Notes under the pieces: generated by a model
Database searches by the model: none
What the model saw: the letters and a program-made list of their open reading frames with translations, nothing else
What the model was told of the DNA's origin: nothing
In this document: positions 42,161 to 54,399 of the stretch, one piece after another
How positions within the stretch are numbered: position 1 is the first letter of the stretch
Layout: each line of letters begins with the position of its first letter
Origin: Carpediemonas membranifera BICM
Taxonomy: Eukaryota > Protista > Fornicata
Length of the DNA: 64,000 nucleotides
Assembly: GCA_019828565.1 (NCBI GenBank)
Contig: JAHDYR010000069.1
Span: 434,001 to 498,000, forward strand
Direction of reading: 5' to 3'
Made by a program: the position numbers and the translations under genes

Positions 42161-43500
42161 TGTGGTGGGCACAGAACAACAACAATCAATGCGAAGTGTT
42201 TAAATAGGGTCGAACCCTAGTGGTAAATATGGCCTAAATATATACGGGTCAGGTGACCACTACACTGCCCCCATGACTTCCACCATAACATTGTGGATTG
42301 TCATCAAATTGAAAGATATCGATCAAATATAAAAGATCTTGTCGTCCCCAGACCTAATCTAAATTCCTTTTGCGATCTTCGGAAATTTGGTCCTTTTTGT
42401 CAGATTTGGCACAAAATGAGTCATTGCGTCTAAGTTGCCAGTGACGACGGATTGGTACGTAACTATGATCTTCTTCACGCTCTATACTTCATTCTTCTCC
42501 ATTTCTGTCTCTTTCGCGCTTCTGTCTCGCTTCTTCAGTTTCATCGCTTCTCATTAGTTCGTTTCGGCGAGTTCACGCTCTCTCTCTCTCTCTTAGGTGA
42601 TCATTTGCGTTCATTATCATTATCCTCGTGATTGCAATCACTTTTCCTCTTCTTCTCTTCTTTCTTCATCAAACAACATCAACAGCACACGTCTCAGGGG
42701 GATTTACCGGCGTGGCGTCCCTTCCTGAGCGATGGAAGCTTCAATCTCGGATGCTCATTAATGTATGCGTCCAGGGCAGCTAATCCATCGATTTCGCGGC
42801 TGTAATCGGTCCATGTGCCTTCGTCGTCATCGTAGCCCTCCCACAAGAGGAGGAACTGAAGGTTGCCCGCTTGTCGGCGATGGTCAGCAACCTTCCTAAC
42901 CACGTACTCTCCTTCGTTGCGGGCTGCCCAGTGTTTGAGCTCAGCGTCAGTGTAGCTGCCCTCGAACTGGTAAAGCTCAGAGGCATGTACTGTCAGGCGG
43001 TGGTCAGTGGTGAGGTCTTGAACGACGTAGGTGTTGGGGCGGTCGGGATTGGTGGAGATGACCCGGACCGGGCCCCGGGGTACGATGCCTATGGCAGTTT
43101 TGCGCTGGATCATGGCGGCGGATCCAAGGAGATGACTCGCTGGATGACTCTGCGCTGGAGTTTGGCCACCGACAGCGCGTTGTCTGCTCTGTAAACAGCG
43201 TAGGGTGGTACGGAAGTGGTCGACGGTGAGGGAAGGTTGTCTAGTCGGTTCGTGGACGTCCCTGGCGTATAGGACTTCGTACGGCGACAGGTTGGAGGCG
43301 GTTAGAGGTGCGTTGTTGATTATATTCGTGATTCGTGGTAAGGCGTCCTCCCAGTCGTCGTCATGTTCGAGAATCCAGGCGCGTAGGTGTCTCTTCACCT
43401 CTTTGTTCGCTCTTTCAACAGCACCCTGTCCCGCAGGATGATAAGGCGTACCGATCTCGTGTCTTATACCGTGGTCTTGGCAAAATTCTCTGATCATGCT
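42161..43500 (-). mobile_element. 3' half of a Gypsy chromovirus (element D): integrase-chromodomain ORF 42694-43497, 3' UTR, PPT and 3' LTR 42161-42264
   Basis: GTPYHPAGQGAVERANKEV; chromodomain; PPT CATGGGGGCAG then TGTAG...CCACA (104 bp), paralleling element C. Confidence 0.8.
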
Positions 43501-43523
43501 GTTTTTTCTGGTACTTTAACCGG

Positions 43524-45648
43524 TGTTGTGATTTCGTAATCAGTTGATGTGTATTTAGTGTGTGTATTTAATCTAAATGAAGTACCATCCACAGCGCTTT
43601 ATACGCCAAATTGATCAATTTGAGCTATGCAGTCCGATTATGACGCTCGTATAGCAGCACTAGAAGAGACTATAGGTAATCTGGTCTCTCTCGTGAGTTC
43701 TCTCGCGAAGAAGCCCGATGTTCGTGCCCATGATGTCCCTGATTCGGATTCCACGCTTGATTCTTCATGCCTTGAGTCTTTCGAGACTATCTTTAAGCTC
43801 TTCCCCTGCGACTTCAAGCCGGGATCGATCGAACGCCAGATTTTCCATTGCGCTCTCCCCTCCTCGAAGGAAGGGTGGTTCCGCTTGATCCTCGACTATG
43901 ACGATTCGATCGCCGCTTCATTTCTTTCTTCTCTCGTGCCCTCTCCGGCTCGCAGTTGAGCTGGTCTATAACTGAGAAGGAGGCTGCTGCCCTCTACGAA
44001 GCCGTCTTGAAGTTCGACAGTTTCCTCAGAGGAACTTCCTTTGTTGCTGAGGTTGACCATAAGAACCTCACCTTCTTGACTGCTAGCAAGTCGGAGAAGG
44101 TCAACAGATGGAAGAACAGACTGGGAGAGTACATGTTCGAGATCGCTTACATCCCCGGAGAGACTAATGTCCTTGCTGACACTCTGTCTAGGATGTTCCA
44201 ACCGAAAACTTCCTTCTGTAACGCTGTCCAGTCTCGCCTCCCCGTTCTATCTCAAGAGGAGAAGGTTGATCTATTCCGCAAGGTCCACGGCAACGCTCTT
44301 AGTGGTCACAAGGGAGTAGCCGCCACTGTTCAGACCCTCAAAGACCTAGGCCACGAGTGGGAGAACATGTCTTCGGATGCGGCTACCTTCATTTCCAGCT
44401 GTGGCATCTGTCAGAAATTCCGTCTCCAGAAGACTGTCAAGACGCAACTTGGCCACCTTGTCACCGACACCCCTTTTCACACGGTGTCTATCGATGCCAT
44501 TGGTCCCCTGCCAGTAGACGAGTCGTCTGGATCCAAATATGTGCTGACAATTATTGACAACTTCACAAGATGGGTCGAGCTGGTCCCACTGAGTGACCTT
44601 GGCGCTCTCAGCGCTGCCGAGGCCTTGGTGGAAAGAGTGTACTCACGTCACGGTTTGCCCCACTTTTTGCACTCCGACAACGGCTCCCAGTTCGTCAACG
44701 ACCACCATTGCTGCGTTGAACCGGTCTCTGCATATCGAACACACCACCATTTTCCCTTACGTCTCCCAGCAGAACGGTATAGCTGAAAGGGCCAATCGCG
44801 AGGTTAGGCGTCATCTGAAGACCCTCTTGCCTTCCCTTGGAAGACGTTGGAGCGACTGGAGTTCCTGTCTACCTCTGGTCCAGTTTGTCATGAACAACGC
44901 CAAGCACAGGATCATTAACACCACGCCCTACGCCATGCTCTATGGCGATGTCCTTTCCCCATCCAACAGCCTGTTACCGAGGACGTTGACCCCTAACCTT
45001 GACTCTTACGAGTCCACCTCGTCTTATACCTCCGGGTTGCTGAGCAGATTGAGGGAGATCCACGACCTCGCCAGAGCCACCCAGTCCTCTGCCTTGGACT
45101 ACCCCTCAGTAGAGCCTGATGTCTTCAAGCCTGGCGACTATGTCCTGCTGGCCCCACCTAAGGGTCCGCGTAGCAAGACGCTCCCGAATTACCGAGGCCC
45201 ATTCATGGTGAAAGACTCGCTTCCGAACAACCAATACGCCTTACAGGCCTTTTTCAGGGAGGGCGGAGCTGGTGTCACATGTACACCGTCTGAGGAGGTT
45301 CCATCGATCCTTCTTAACTGAGGAGGAGATATCTGAGCTCGCCAAGTTTGATGATGATGATGAATTATACGTTGTCGAATCAGTAGTGAGCCATTCGACC
45401 GATGAGGACGGGAACATCGTTTTCAGACTACGCTGGAGCGGTTACGAGCCTGAAGAAGATACTTATCAGTGCTATGATGAGGATGTGAGAGGAAACGAAC
45501 AAGTTGAGTCGTATATCGACGCACACAAGTTGCGCGGCAAGCTCTTTGGAGAAGACGGAGGTGTTGTGATTTCGTAATCAGTTGATGTGTATTTAGTGTG
45601 TGTATTTAATCTAAATGAAGTACCATCCACAGCGCTTTATACGCCAAA
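43524..45648 (+). mobile_element. Internally deleted (non-autonomous) Gypsy chromovirus (element B, 2125 bp)
   Basis: Matching 87-bp LTRs at 43524-43610 and 45562-45648; 5-bp TSD ACCGG; RNase H, integrase and chromodomain retained; most of gag, protease and RT missing. Confidence 0.92.
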
Positions 45649-45752
45649 ACCGGGACTTAAAGTCCCGGAATAAGTCCCGGAATACATGAAAAAAGGACGA
45701 TTGCAAGAAAAAATGAACGCGCTCAAACAATTAAACTACAGCGTATTACGCC

Positions 45753-46400
45753 TTGCACTTGCACAAGGCATCGTTTAGACATCCGTACAACATGCTGAAG
45801 ACCTTCACTCGCGAAGTCAGTGGCATCGCACAAACTCTCGTCGAAAAACTGTCTCATGGTTCATCTAGGGTCGGGATAGACTGCCGTGCCTCCCCCACTG
45901 GTCCAGTATGCCGAGATAAAATTTCCTGGGTGCGTAAAGATGCGATTTTTGGGAATTGCTCCCAAAGAAGTTTGCTTTTGCTCGCCAACAAAGAAGGCCG
46001 AAAGCAAGTGAGAACATCTGTGTCACATAACAACCTTTGTTCTGCATCAAATAGCAGCAAGATTGCATACGGCATCGAGTATTCTCGAGAAAACACTCAA
46101 AACTTTGCCTGGCAAACGAAAAACGATCCTAAAAGCTAATTTACCTCCAATGTCTCCAAAAAGTGAGCCGCATGATGTGTATTTCTATGATCTTTGTCTT
46201 TCACCTTCAGTTCTTCTTCAAATCATCCATACGCGGCATATCAAGCATTCCTCGTCGTTTGGTCAATTCTGGCAAATCAACAAAAGGTATCCATCGGCTC
46301 AGAAGAGGCTGTGGTGGTAGCCTCGGTCCCGCTTACACCCCCGTGCGTGCCTTGTGATGAAGAAAACTTGTGATATGGCCGGAATGCACTTTATGACAAA
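45753..46400 (+). pseudogene. Degenerate ORF, possibly a class I SAM methyltransferase remnant
   Basis: Frame-broken peptides VHLGSG*, ELLPKKFAFA, VYFYDLCLSP. Confidence 0.25.
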
Positions 46401-47573
46401 CGAATGAAGCGGGCCGAGTTTATCGCCGAAATCAAGCAAATGCGCGTTAAGCTGAGTCACTTGACTGAAATTGATGACTATTACGCCATTGCCGACGACG
46501 TTACTAAGAATTACCTGACAGTTGCCTCAAATTTCTTACTGAAAGCTGTTCTTCGCTCGCAATAGACGTAATTGACTGTAGATTGGTGAAGATAGTGTAA
46601 ACATAAAGAACCCTTTATATACATACTCCGATTATCCATCTATCTATCTTCTCGGGCGAAGATTGTGCCCAGTCCTCCTCATCAGCTCCTCCGCTCGCTG
46701 CTCACTGTTGCACAGATTGCAGATGCAGAGAGTCTCATCCAGACCACTGTCCGCCGTCCTTACACAAATCGTCTTGGCTGTCTCGTCAACAGTGATGAGT
46801 TCCCGGATCTCCTCCGGCTCCTCACAGATACCCTTGACCCATCCACTAAACAGCGCATTCAGCGACTGTTGGCTCGCCTCCTATCCCAGTTGGGTACCTT
46901 AGTTAATAGACGATTTCTCCAGGCGGCACACCGGTCGGCATCAAATAGACACGAGCAGAATGTGACAGACTTACACTGCCTTGCAATCGGCAACACCATA
47001 CCATGCTTTCTCGATGAGCCACGGCGGGTGTAGTGAGCAAGGACACGACCGACCATTGTCTTCTGAGCCAGGAAGCCGAGAACCCAAGATCGATGCTTGT
47101 CCACTCGCAACTGGGCATTGATGAGGAAATCACGTTCGAAGTACTCCTCAAGCAAATAGAACATCGGAAGCCGCAGTTTCGAGTGAACCTTGGGCAGAAC
47201 TGACACCACTGCATTCAGATATAGCGAGCCGGTAAACTTGGGAGAGTAAGTCAGTCTGAGACCATCATTGAGCGTCGTAGCAACCGAGGAGCGACTCGAT
47301 GGAAGGTCATAGAACAACGTCAAGACATGGAACATGATGAACGTAGAAAAGGACGCCGCGTGATGGAAAGCGATTGTCTGGTGTGTCACGTGGTCAGAGG
47401 AGTAATACAACGCCTGTAACTTGGCTGTAAGGAGTATGAAGGGCTGGAGTGACTGGTCAAACTCCTCAAGGTGCTCGTTGACTAGTGTCGCGAGCTTTCG
47501 TCTGTTCCAGCTCTGCTCGTTGCAGCCAGTTGTCCGCGTGAACAGCTTTTCAATCTGCTCAAGTGTGTGCACG

Positions 47574-50500
47574 TGTCATGACGACCTCATTTAATGATCA
47601 GTCTTATTTGGTCAATGATCTCAAACCTGCTTCTAAATTTCACTCTCTCAATTGTTTGGGTACCACAGTAATTACTGCATGCATTTACCTGAAACAAAAC
47701 TCAACAACGCCCCGTTCCTGCGAAAGGCCACCACCAAGTCGTGGTATACTTTCCGTCAAGACTACGAGCAGTATGCTGCCCGTGAAGCCGATCCGATCGT
47801 TGCCTTTGACCTAATCGAAACGCAGGTCCTAGAGGTTCTTAAGATCCGAATCCCTGAACTTGAGGGGTTCCTTGAGTACGCTAATGAAACGCCGGATGAA
47901 GAGCCGGCCGATACCTCTGAACTCAACGAGGCCTTTATCACCATGGTAGACGAGCTGATGCAGCCTCTGGATGAGGTGGACGCTTTAGATCGCTTTAAGG
48001 ACTTGTCGTGCGGCTCTGAGGGTAACCTCATTGACAACATGGCCGCGTATGCCCTGGCGTATAAGCGTCAAGTTCGTAACTGTTGTAAGGTTCGGCCCAC
48101 GGAGAAGCTCATCGTCGATGCCTTTGTTGCTGGCATCAGGTACGGTCGCTTGAAGGAGCGAGTGAATGCTAAGAAGGCGAAGACGCTTGACGAGACGATC
48201 GCCGAGGCATTCATCCAGGCCACGGAAGCAGAGAAGGCTCGCAGAGAGCACCAGCGTGTGGAGCGAGAGAGTGCGACCTCCGCAACGATGACTAAGGCTA
48301 AGGAGAAGTCGGAAACTGCTTGTGAGTACTGCCAGCGCAAGGGTCACACTGCTGATACGTGTTGGAAGCGTAAGCGTGACGAGCGTGAGGGAGTAAAGGG
48401 GCAGAAGTACGTTCATCTTAATGCTTTGGTCGCGGAGGACCGCGACAACAGACCCATTGGCGAGGTGGGCATCCTGGGGAGAGTGTTGGCGTTCCTTTAT
48501 GACACAGGGGCCTCTGCCGACTTTATATCCCAATCCCTCGTCAAAGAGCTCGGCCTAGTCGTCGAGCCCGACCATGCTAAGGTTAAGCTGGCCACTGGTA
48601 CGATTTACAACTCACCCGGCATTGTTAAGTTGAGTGCAGATTTTGGAGTGTTGCCATCTACTGGGCGGAGAACTCAAGCTGCTCTCAATTTGCGGGTGCT
48701 ACCCGGGCTGAAGCCGACATTAGTTATGGGAATATCGACATTAAGTGCGTTGGGGCTAATCACGATCGTCAAGCCGACGATGGAGAATTCTGGAGAGCCA
48801 CACTTCGCGGAGCTTGATGAAGATGAAGTAGACGAGACGTTATTTACCCTTGCTGAAGCGGAGCACGAACTACAGATACGTAGCTTCCCTGAAGAGACTA
48901 ATACCATCCTAAGCAAGTACAAAGACGTTCTCGGCGACATTTCGCAGCCAGCAGACGTTCCACCCTTCGAACTGGTTCTTACAAACCAGAAGGTTATCAA
49001 CATCCCTCCATACCACGTCTCGGCTGAAGAAAGAGAGGATATGCAGCGCCAGACGGCGCAGCTGGAGGATCTGAATGTGATTGAGGAGTCTACGAGCAAC
49101 TATAACAATCCTACGGTGCTTGTATGGAAGCGCGATCGCACCCGCAGGCTCTGCTTGGACTTTCGGCGCCTTAACGACGCGACGGAGGACTTCGATCACG
49201 ACCTCCCTATCATTGACGATCTGGTAGCAAGACTAGAGGGTAAGACCCTCTTCGCTAAGCTGGACCTAAGCAAGGCCTTTCACCAGATTCCTATGACCAA
49301 GAGCTCACGCAGACTAACGGCGTTTACAGTTGGGAAGCGTAAGTACCAGTACAAGCGTTTAGCTTTCGGACTCAAAGGGGCCGCAGCCTTCTGTCAGAAG
49401 ACCCTCGAATCCGTACTGGGCGATGCACTGTGGACACGGTGTCTCGCATATGTAGACGACATAGTAATATTCGGAGAGAACCAGAGAGAGTACCTCGACA
49501 ATCTGGACTATGTCTTGAGAAAGCTCAACTCGGCCAAGTTGAAGCTGAATCTGTCCAAGTCTGAGTTCGGACTGACAGAAATAGAATACTTGGGCTGGCT
49601 TGTGAATGGCGACGGCAAGCGAATCGCGCCTGACCGCCTAGAAGGCATCGACCGCCTAACCAGCCCGAGAGATGTTGCCGGAGTCAGAACCTTACTCGGG
49701 TTCACGAACTATTTTAGCCATATGATTCCGAACTACGGCAATATGATGGAGCCAGTCCTGGCTCTGACGAGAAACCAAGGAAGAGTTCCGTTGGGAGAAG
49801 GCCCAACAAGATGCCCTAGTCGACATCAAAGCGACCCTATCTCAGAACAACATGTTAAGTCACCCCAAGCGTGGCTGCCAATTAATCCTACAAACCGACG
49901 CGAGTGACTACGCTGTCGGGGCAGTTTTGTTACAGATCGAAGACGGGGAGGAGCGTCCGATTGCTTTCTATTCCAAGACACTATCGGATGTTCAAAGAAG
50001 GTGGAGCACCTATGAAAAGGAAGGCTTCGGCATTTATTACGCTATGATCAAGGCCGAGCGGTTCCTAGTAGGCAGGCCGTTTACTGTGAGAACGGACCAC
50101 CGGAATTTGCTGTATATCGCGACAAGCACGAACGCTAAGGTAACTAGATGGCGCATGGCACTGGAAAGGTTCGACTATTCCGTCGTACACGTGCCTGGTC
50201 AAGCGAACGGTGCTGCCGACGCGCTATCTCGCCTATGCGGTGCAACAGTCGAGGCAGATGATCACGCCACGTGGATCTCCGAGGTTCACGGAGGCATACA
50301 CGGCCATCTCGGAGCGAGAGCGACGGTGAACAAGCTTATATCGCTCGGTAGGAGGTGGAGGGGCATGTATAAGGACGCAGAGGAGTTTGTCCAGTCGTGT
50401 CCTGTGTGCCAGGTCACGCGCAAGACGGCCAAGCCCGTCCAACACTTACGCCACCGTACGGCAGGTCGCCTGCCGTTTGATGTCGTGCAGGTAGACACGA

Positions 50501-51919
50501 TCGGACCCATCGCGGAGAGCGAGGGTCTGCGGTACGTGTGCGTGTTAATTGACACGTACTCGAAGCTAACTATGCTGGTCCCCACGCGTTCGACGGACGC
50601 AGATGCCGCGGCAGGGGCAATTTTGGCCTGGGTGGGTCACTACGGAATTCCCCGGGTGATTCACAGCGACGGGGGCAGCCAGTATAGAAATAAGCTGATT
50701 GACGCTCTAATGGAAAGGCTCGGGTCGCAACATCACGTCGGCACGCCTTACCGCCCGGGTTCTCAAGGAATAGTTGAGAGGGTCAACGCCGAGGTTAAGA
50801 GGCATCTAGAGACGCTAATGCTCGATCTGCAGGAGTTTAGATGGACGCGGCTACTACCTTTGGCTCAGTACATCATTAATTCAACATCTGTGGCCAGGAC
50901 AGGCCTATCGCCACTGAATTTGCTTTATAACCAAGACGTGGTCGTAAGACCAGAAGAGATCATGAGCAATGAGAGCAAGATGCCATTTGAGGCCTTCAAG
51001 CGCAGCCTGGAACTACAGAGAGTCATCCAAGACCAGGCGCTGCAACAACAAACACCATCAGAAGCATCACACGTGGCCCTATCGAACAAGCCAGTGCTGG
51101 TAACGACCACTGTCGGCCGCCGCACGAAGCTGGCTGGGCCAATGTGGTGCCAGGGACCCGCAGAGTCGCCGAACGTTTACTACGTGGAGAACCTGACGAC
51201 AGGCGTAGTGGCTAAGGTCCATGCCGAGCGTCTAAGACATTTTGAGTCTGACGCGACAAGGGCTGAGTTGACACGGCTCGCGGCCCAGAGAGTTGACGAA
51301 TATGTCGTAGAAGCGATCGACTCTCACAAATTTGAGGACGGCGTCCTTCACCTACATGTGCTGTGGGAGGGGTACCTCGAGGAAGAGGCGACATGGGAAC
51401 GCTTCAACGCCGACCTTGATGAACTTAGGGCGTTTGAGGAGTACCTCGCAGACAAACCGAGTTTGCGCAGAAAACTCCGAGGTCAAAGGAAATTAGCTTC
51501 CTATAGGCAGCGCTAATAACCAACGGCTCATCAAAAAGCCATTTTGGGGTTTTGCCCAGTTGGTGACCGCAGCCTAGGGGGGGAAGAGCAGAACGTTGGA
51601 ATCTAGTTACTGATATTGGTTATTTCTTATGTTCTACACCATTCTGTGCGCTATTTGTTCGTTTAGAACAGCGTTCTTCAGACTATTGTGCTCAATTGCG
51701 TTTTTGACTTCACTGGAGTCGGTCTGGCGGGTTTTGCATTTCGCCGGACTTGAACCGTTAGAATTTTTGCTGACGGTTGGGAGGCACGTTTGAGCTTGTG
51801 GACGGTTTGGGATCATGGGGGGTAGTGTCATGACGACCTCATTTAATGATCAGTCTTATTTGGTCAATGATCTCAAACCTGCTTCTAAATTTCACTCTCT
51901 CAATTGTTTGGGTACCACA
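47574..51919 (+). mobile_element. Full-length Ty3/Gypsy chromodomain LTR retrotransposon (element C, 4346 bp)
   Basis: Matching 94-bp TG...CA LTRs at 47574-47667 and 51826-51919; 5-bp TSD GCACG; PPT GGGGGGTAG. Confidence 0.96.
47679..51516 (+). CDS. Gag-Pol of element C, one apparent frameshift near 49775
   Basis: CEYCQRKGHTADTC, YDTGA, YVDD, TDASDYAVGAVL, GH...CPVC, chromodomain VLWEGY...ATWE. Confidence 0.92.
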
Positions 51920-54399
51920 GCACGTTCTGACCAGCGTGTTGAACCTTGACAAGGCCAAGCAGCGTCCAGAAGTCCTTCATAAGATAGTGACTCACATGCA
52001 TGACAGGTGGAATGAACGTGACATCAGCGTACTTTGTGAGCACGTGAAGTGGGCCATCTATCTCGTTGGCATAGGTCAGACAGCAGACATCTCGGTGACC
52101 ATCGCGGGACCCAAACCGTGTCATGTCTTTCACGCCACCAGCGTCACGAAGACGGATGCTATCTGCGATTGTCCAGCGATCGCAACGATTGGCAAACGGG
52201 TCGCTTGCGACCTTTCCCATGTGTAGGGAGGAGAATGGAGAGCGGTAGTATCGTCCCCGCTTGACGCCACTAACAATCTGCAACGCTTTGTGATCGCCGC
52301 AGATCCCGAGCAGGCTGATGACAACACGGCTGCGTGGGAGCAACGAACTGTCACCACATGCGAAGGGGATACCAATGAGCTTGTTCATTAGCCGCTGTAC
52401 ATCATCAAAGAACGAAGGAATGAGCTTCTCTGTGCCCTGAAATGTAAGAAGCGTCATGGGTGGGGTAATCTTCTGTGGTAGGGCTGCTCCCTCGCGATCA
52501 ATTATGCGATATTTGACCGCCGTACAGTCGGCCCGATATCCATCAAACCATAGGAGCATCTCAAGACCATAAGCCTCCTGTCGGCTCTCCGGGTTAATAG
52601 TGACGGATTGAACGAACTTGCTTGACTTGATATCGCGCTGAACTCGGTCGGGGAACTTCAGCATGAACTTAATCTGGGCGAAAGGGTCATAGGACAGAGC
52701 GCTGATCACCATCCGGTGAGATTTCTTTGTTCCACGCGGAATGATGCCCATGTTCCGGCATAATCTCTGAATCTCCGGCAGCTTGGATGGATCATCATGC
52801 GAAATGTATAGCCGTGACTCCCCCGATATCTTCTCGAAGTGGTGAGCGAAGAGGCAGTCGTGTTCATCGAGAGTCTCTTGCAGGTCGGTGTGGGTGGTTG
52901 GGTCATATAGGACGTAAAAAGCCTCCGCGACTTCCACGCTACGCGTGAAACCGGCTCCTGCTTGACATTGAAGCTCTTGGTTAGACTCCCCATCACGCCC
53001 AGAGACATCGGGCTGCTCAGGAGTGAACGCGTTGACGTCCTCGATCAGTGTTGGGTCTGATATAACAGATCGTATGGCTGGGATGGACAGCAGGTCATAC
53101 CCAAGATTCTGGAGACTGTCTACCACCGGTGGAGTGTGAATTCAAGGCGAACTCCCATGTCGGAGGCCATTGAAACAAATGCATGGCGGAGTCGGTCGTA
53201 GCGATTCTTCCCTAACTCGACGGCACAGATAATTGCCATGGCCGTGTATAGGCTCTTCGTCTTCGCCTCGTTGTCGACTCGCGTAACAGTCACATGAGCA
53301 GTGCTGTGATTCCTCATCAATGCGCTCCAATCAGCATTAACGACTGCACTACGTAACGTAGCATCACTATGTGTCACCCTCAGTGGACATGACGTCAGGA
53401 AATCTCGGAGAATGCGCAAGCACTGCTCCTTGCTGTCTAAACGAAACGATTTGTCGCGGTTTCGGAGCAGAAACTCGTCTAAGACAGCGGTGATGATAGA
53501 TCCAAGAGAACTGTCCGCCCCATAGGTGATGACGACTTCCCAGTTCTCGAAACGCATTGCTTCAATAGCAATAGGACAAATTTACAAAGTAAATACACAA
53601 ATGTGCTGATGTAGGGCATGGTGGCGGATCTGGCGCTGGTGGCGGACGTGGAGACACTGGGGGTGCTCCACAACCACGTCCACTGCAAGGGTGACTCATG
53701 TAGAGTCGCCCGAAAAGCAGAAAGCATGCGGACAACACAATAGAGGATGATTCAGAGATCGAGACAAGTGGTAAGAGGGTGAGGACTGAGTAAATGGATT
53801 GCAAATGAGTCTTTTTAATGTCTCACCACCTGTTTGGGCCTCAGCGCTGTCGTTCAGGCCAATCCACGTTTGTGGATCCGTGCAGTTTATGGCTTATCGA
53901 CCGGACATCTCCTGAACTGAGCGCCAGGGGGCGGAGGTGGCGTTGGCGTGGGGCGTGGGGCGTGGAGGCGCTGGGGGCGGGGGTGGCGTTGATATTGGGC
54001 AATTACATAAAGTGCACGGTGCTTGGAATTTCATTCCAACCTCAAAATGGCGGGAAAGCATTATTGGAAGGAACTAGTGGCAGCTATGCGGTTCTTTATA
54101 CTGCAAAAGCAACCAGCTGTCGTCAAAAAGCGCGCCATCTACCATCAATAACCAACATCTGCGTTGCACTCCACTGTTCTCGGTCGTTAATGCACAAAAT
54201 CACTAAACAACATCAAAAGGACTGTTCATACGTTATTAAACATTGCTTGCTACTTCTGTTTCATCTTATTGTCGTTTACAGCTGTGTTGTCCTCAACAAA
54301 TGCCAAGACGGAGGCAACGCTGTCCGGGCCATCTGTGTCCATGACACTCACGCCTGTTCTCATTTCACAGATGAAAGACAGCCGAACACATCAAACCAT

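Larger units (their letters stand above)
46859..53557 (-). pseudogene. RAG1/Transib/Chapaev-like DDE transposase (~782 aa when reconstructed), interrupted by element C and one frameshift
   Basis: ORFs 53120-53557, 51920-53126 and 46859-47573; the last two join in frame across the TSD (GQNV|HTLEQ); motifs LGKNRYDRLR, WFDGY, GDHKAL, PPVMH and EEYFE in the expected order. Confidence 0.65.

Noticed and set aside
42578-42593. (TC)n microsatellite
   Set aside because: Short, and part of the purine-rich 3' UTR of element D
37937-49800. Frameshifts in pol genes (and at 24958 and 53130) as programmed frameshifting
   Set aside because: They fall mid-domain, often at short homopolymers, in elements with matching LTRs; sequencing/assembly indels or decay are more likely
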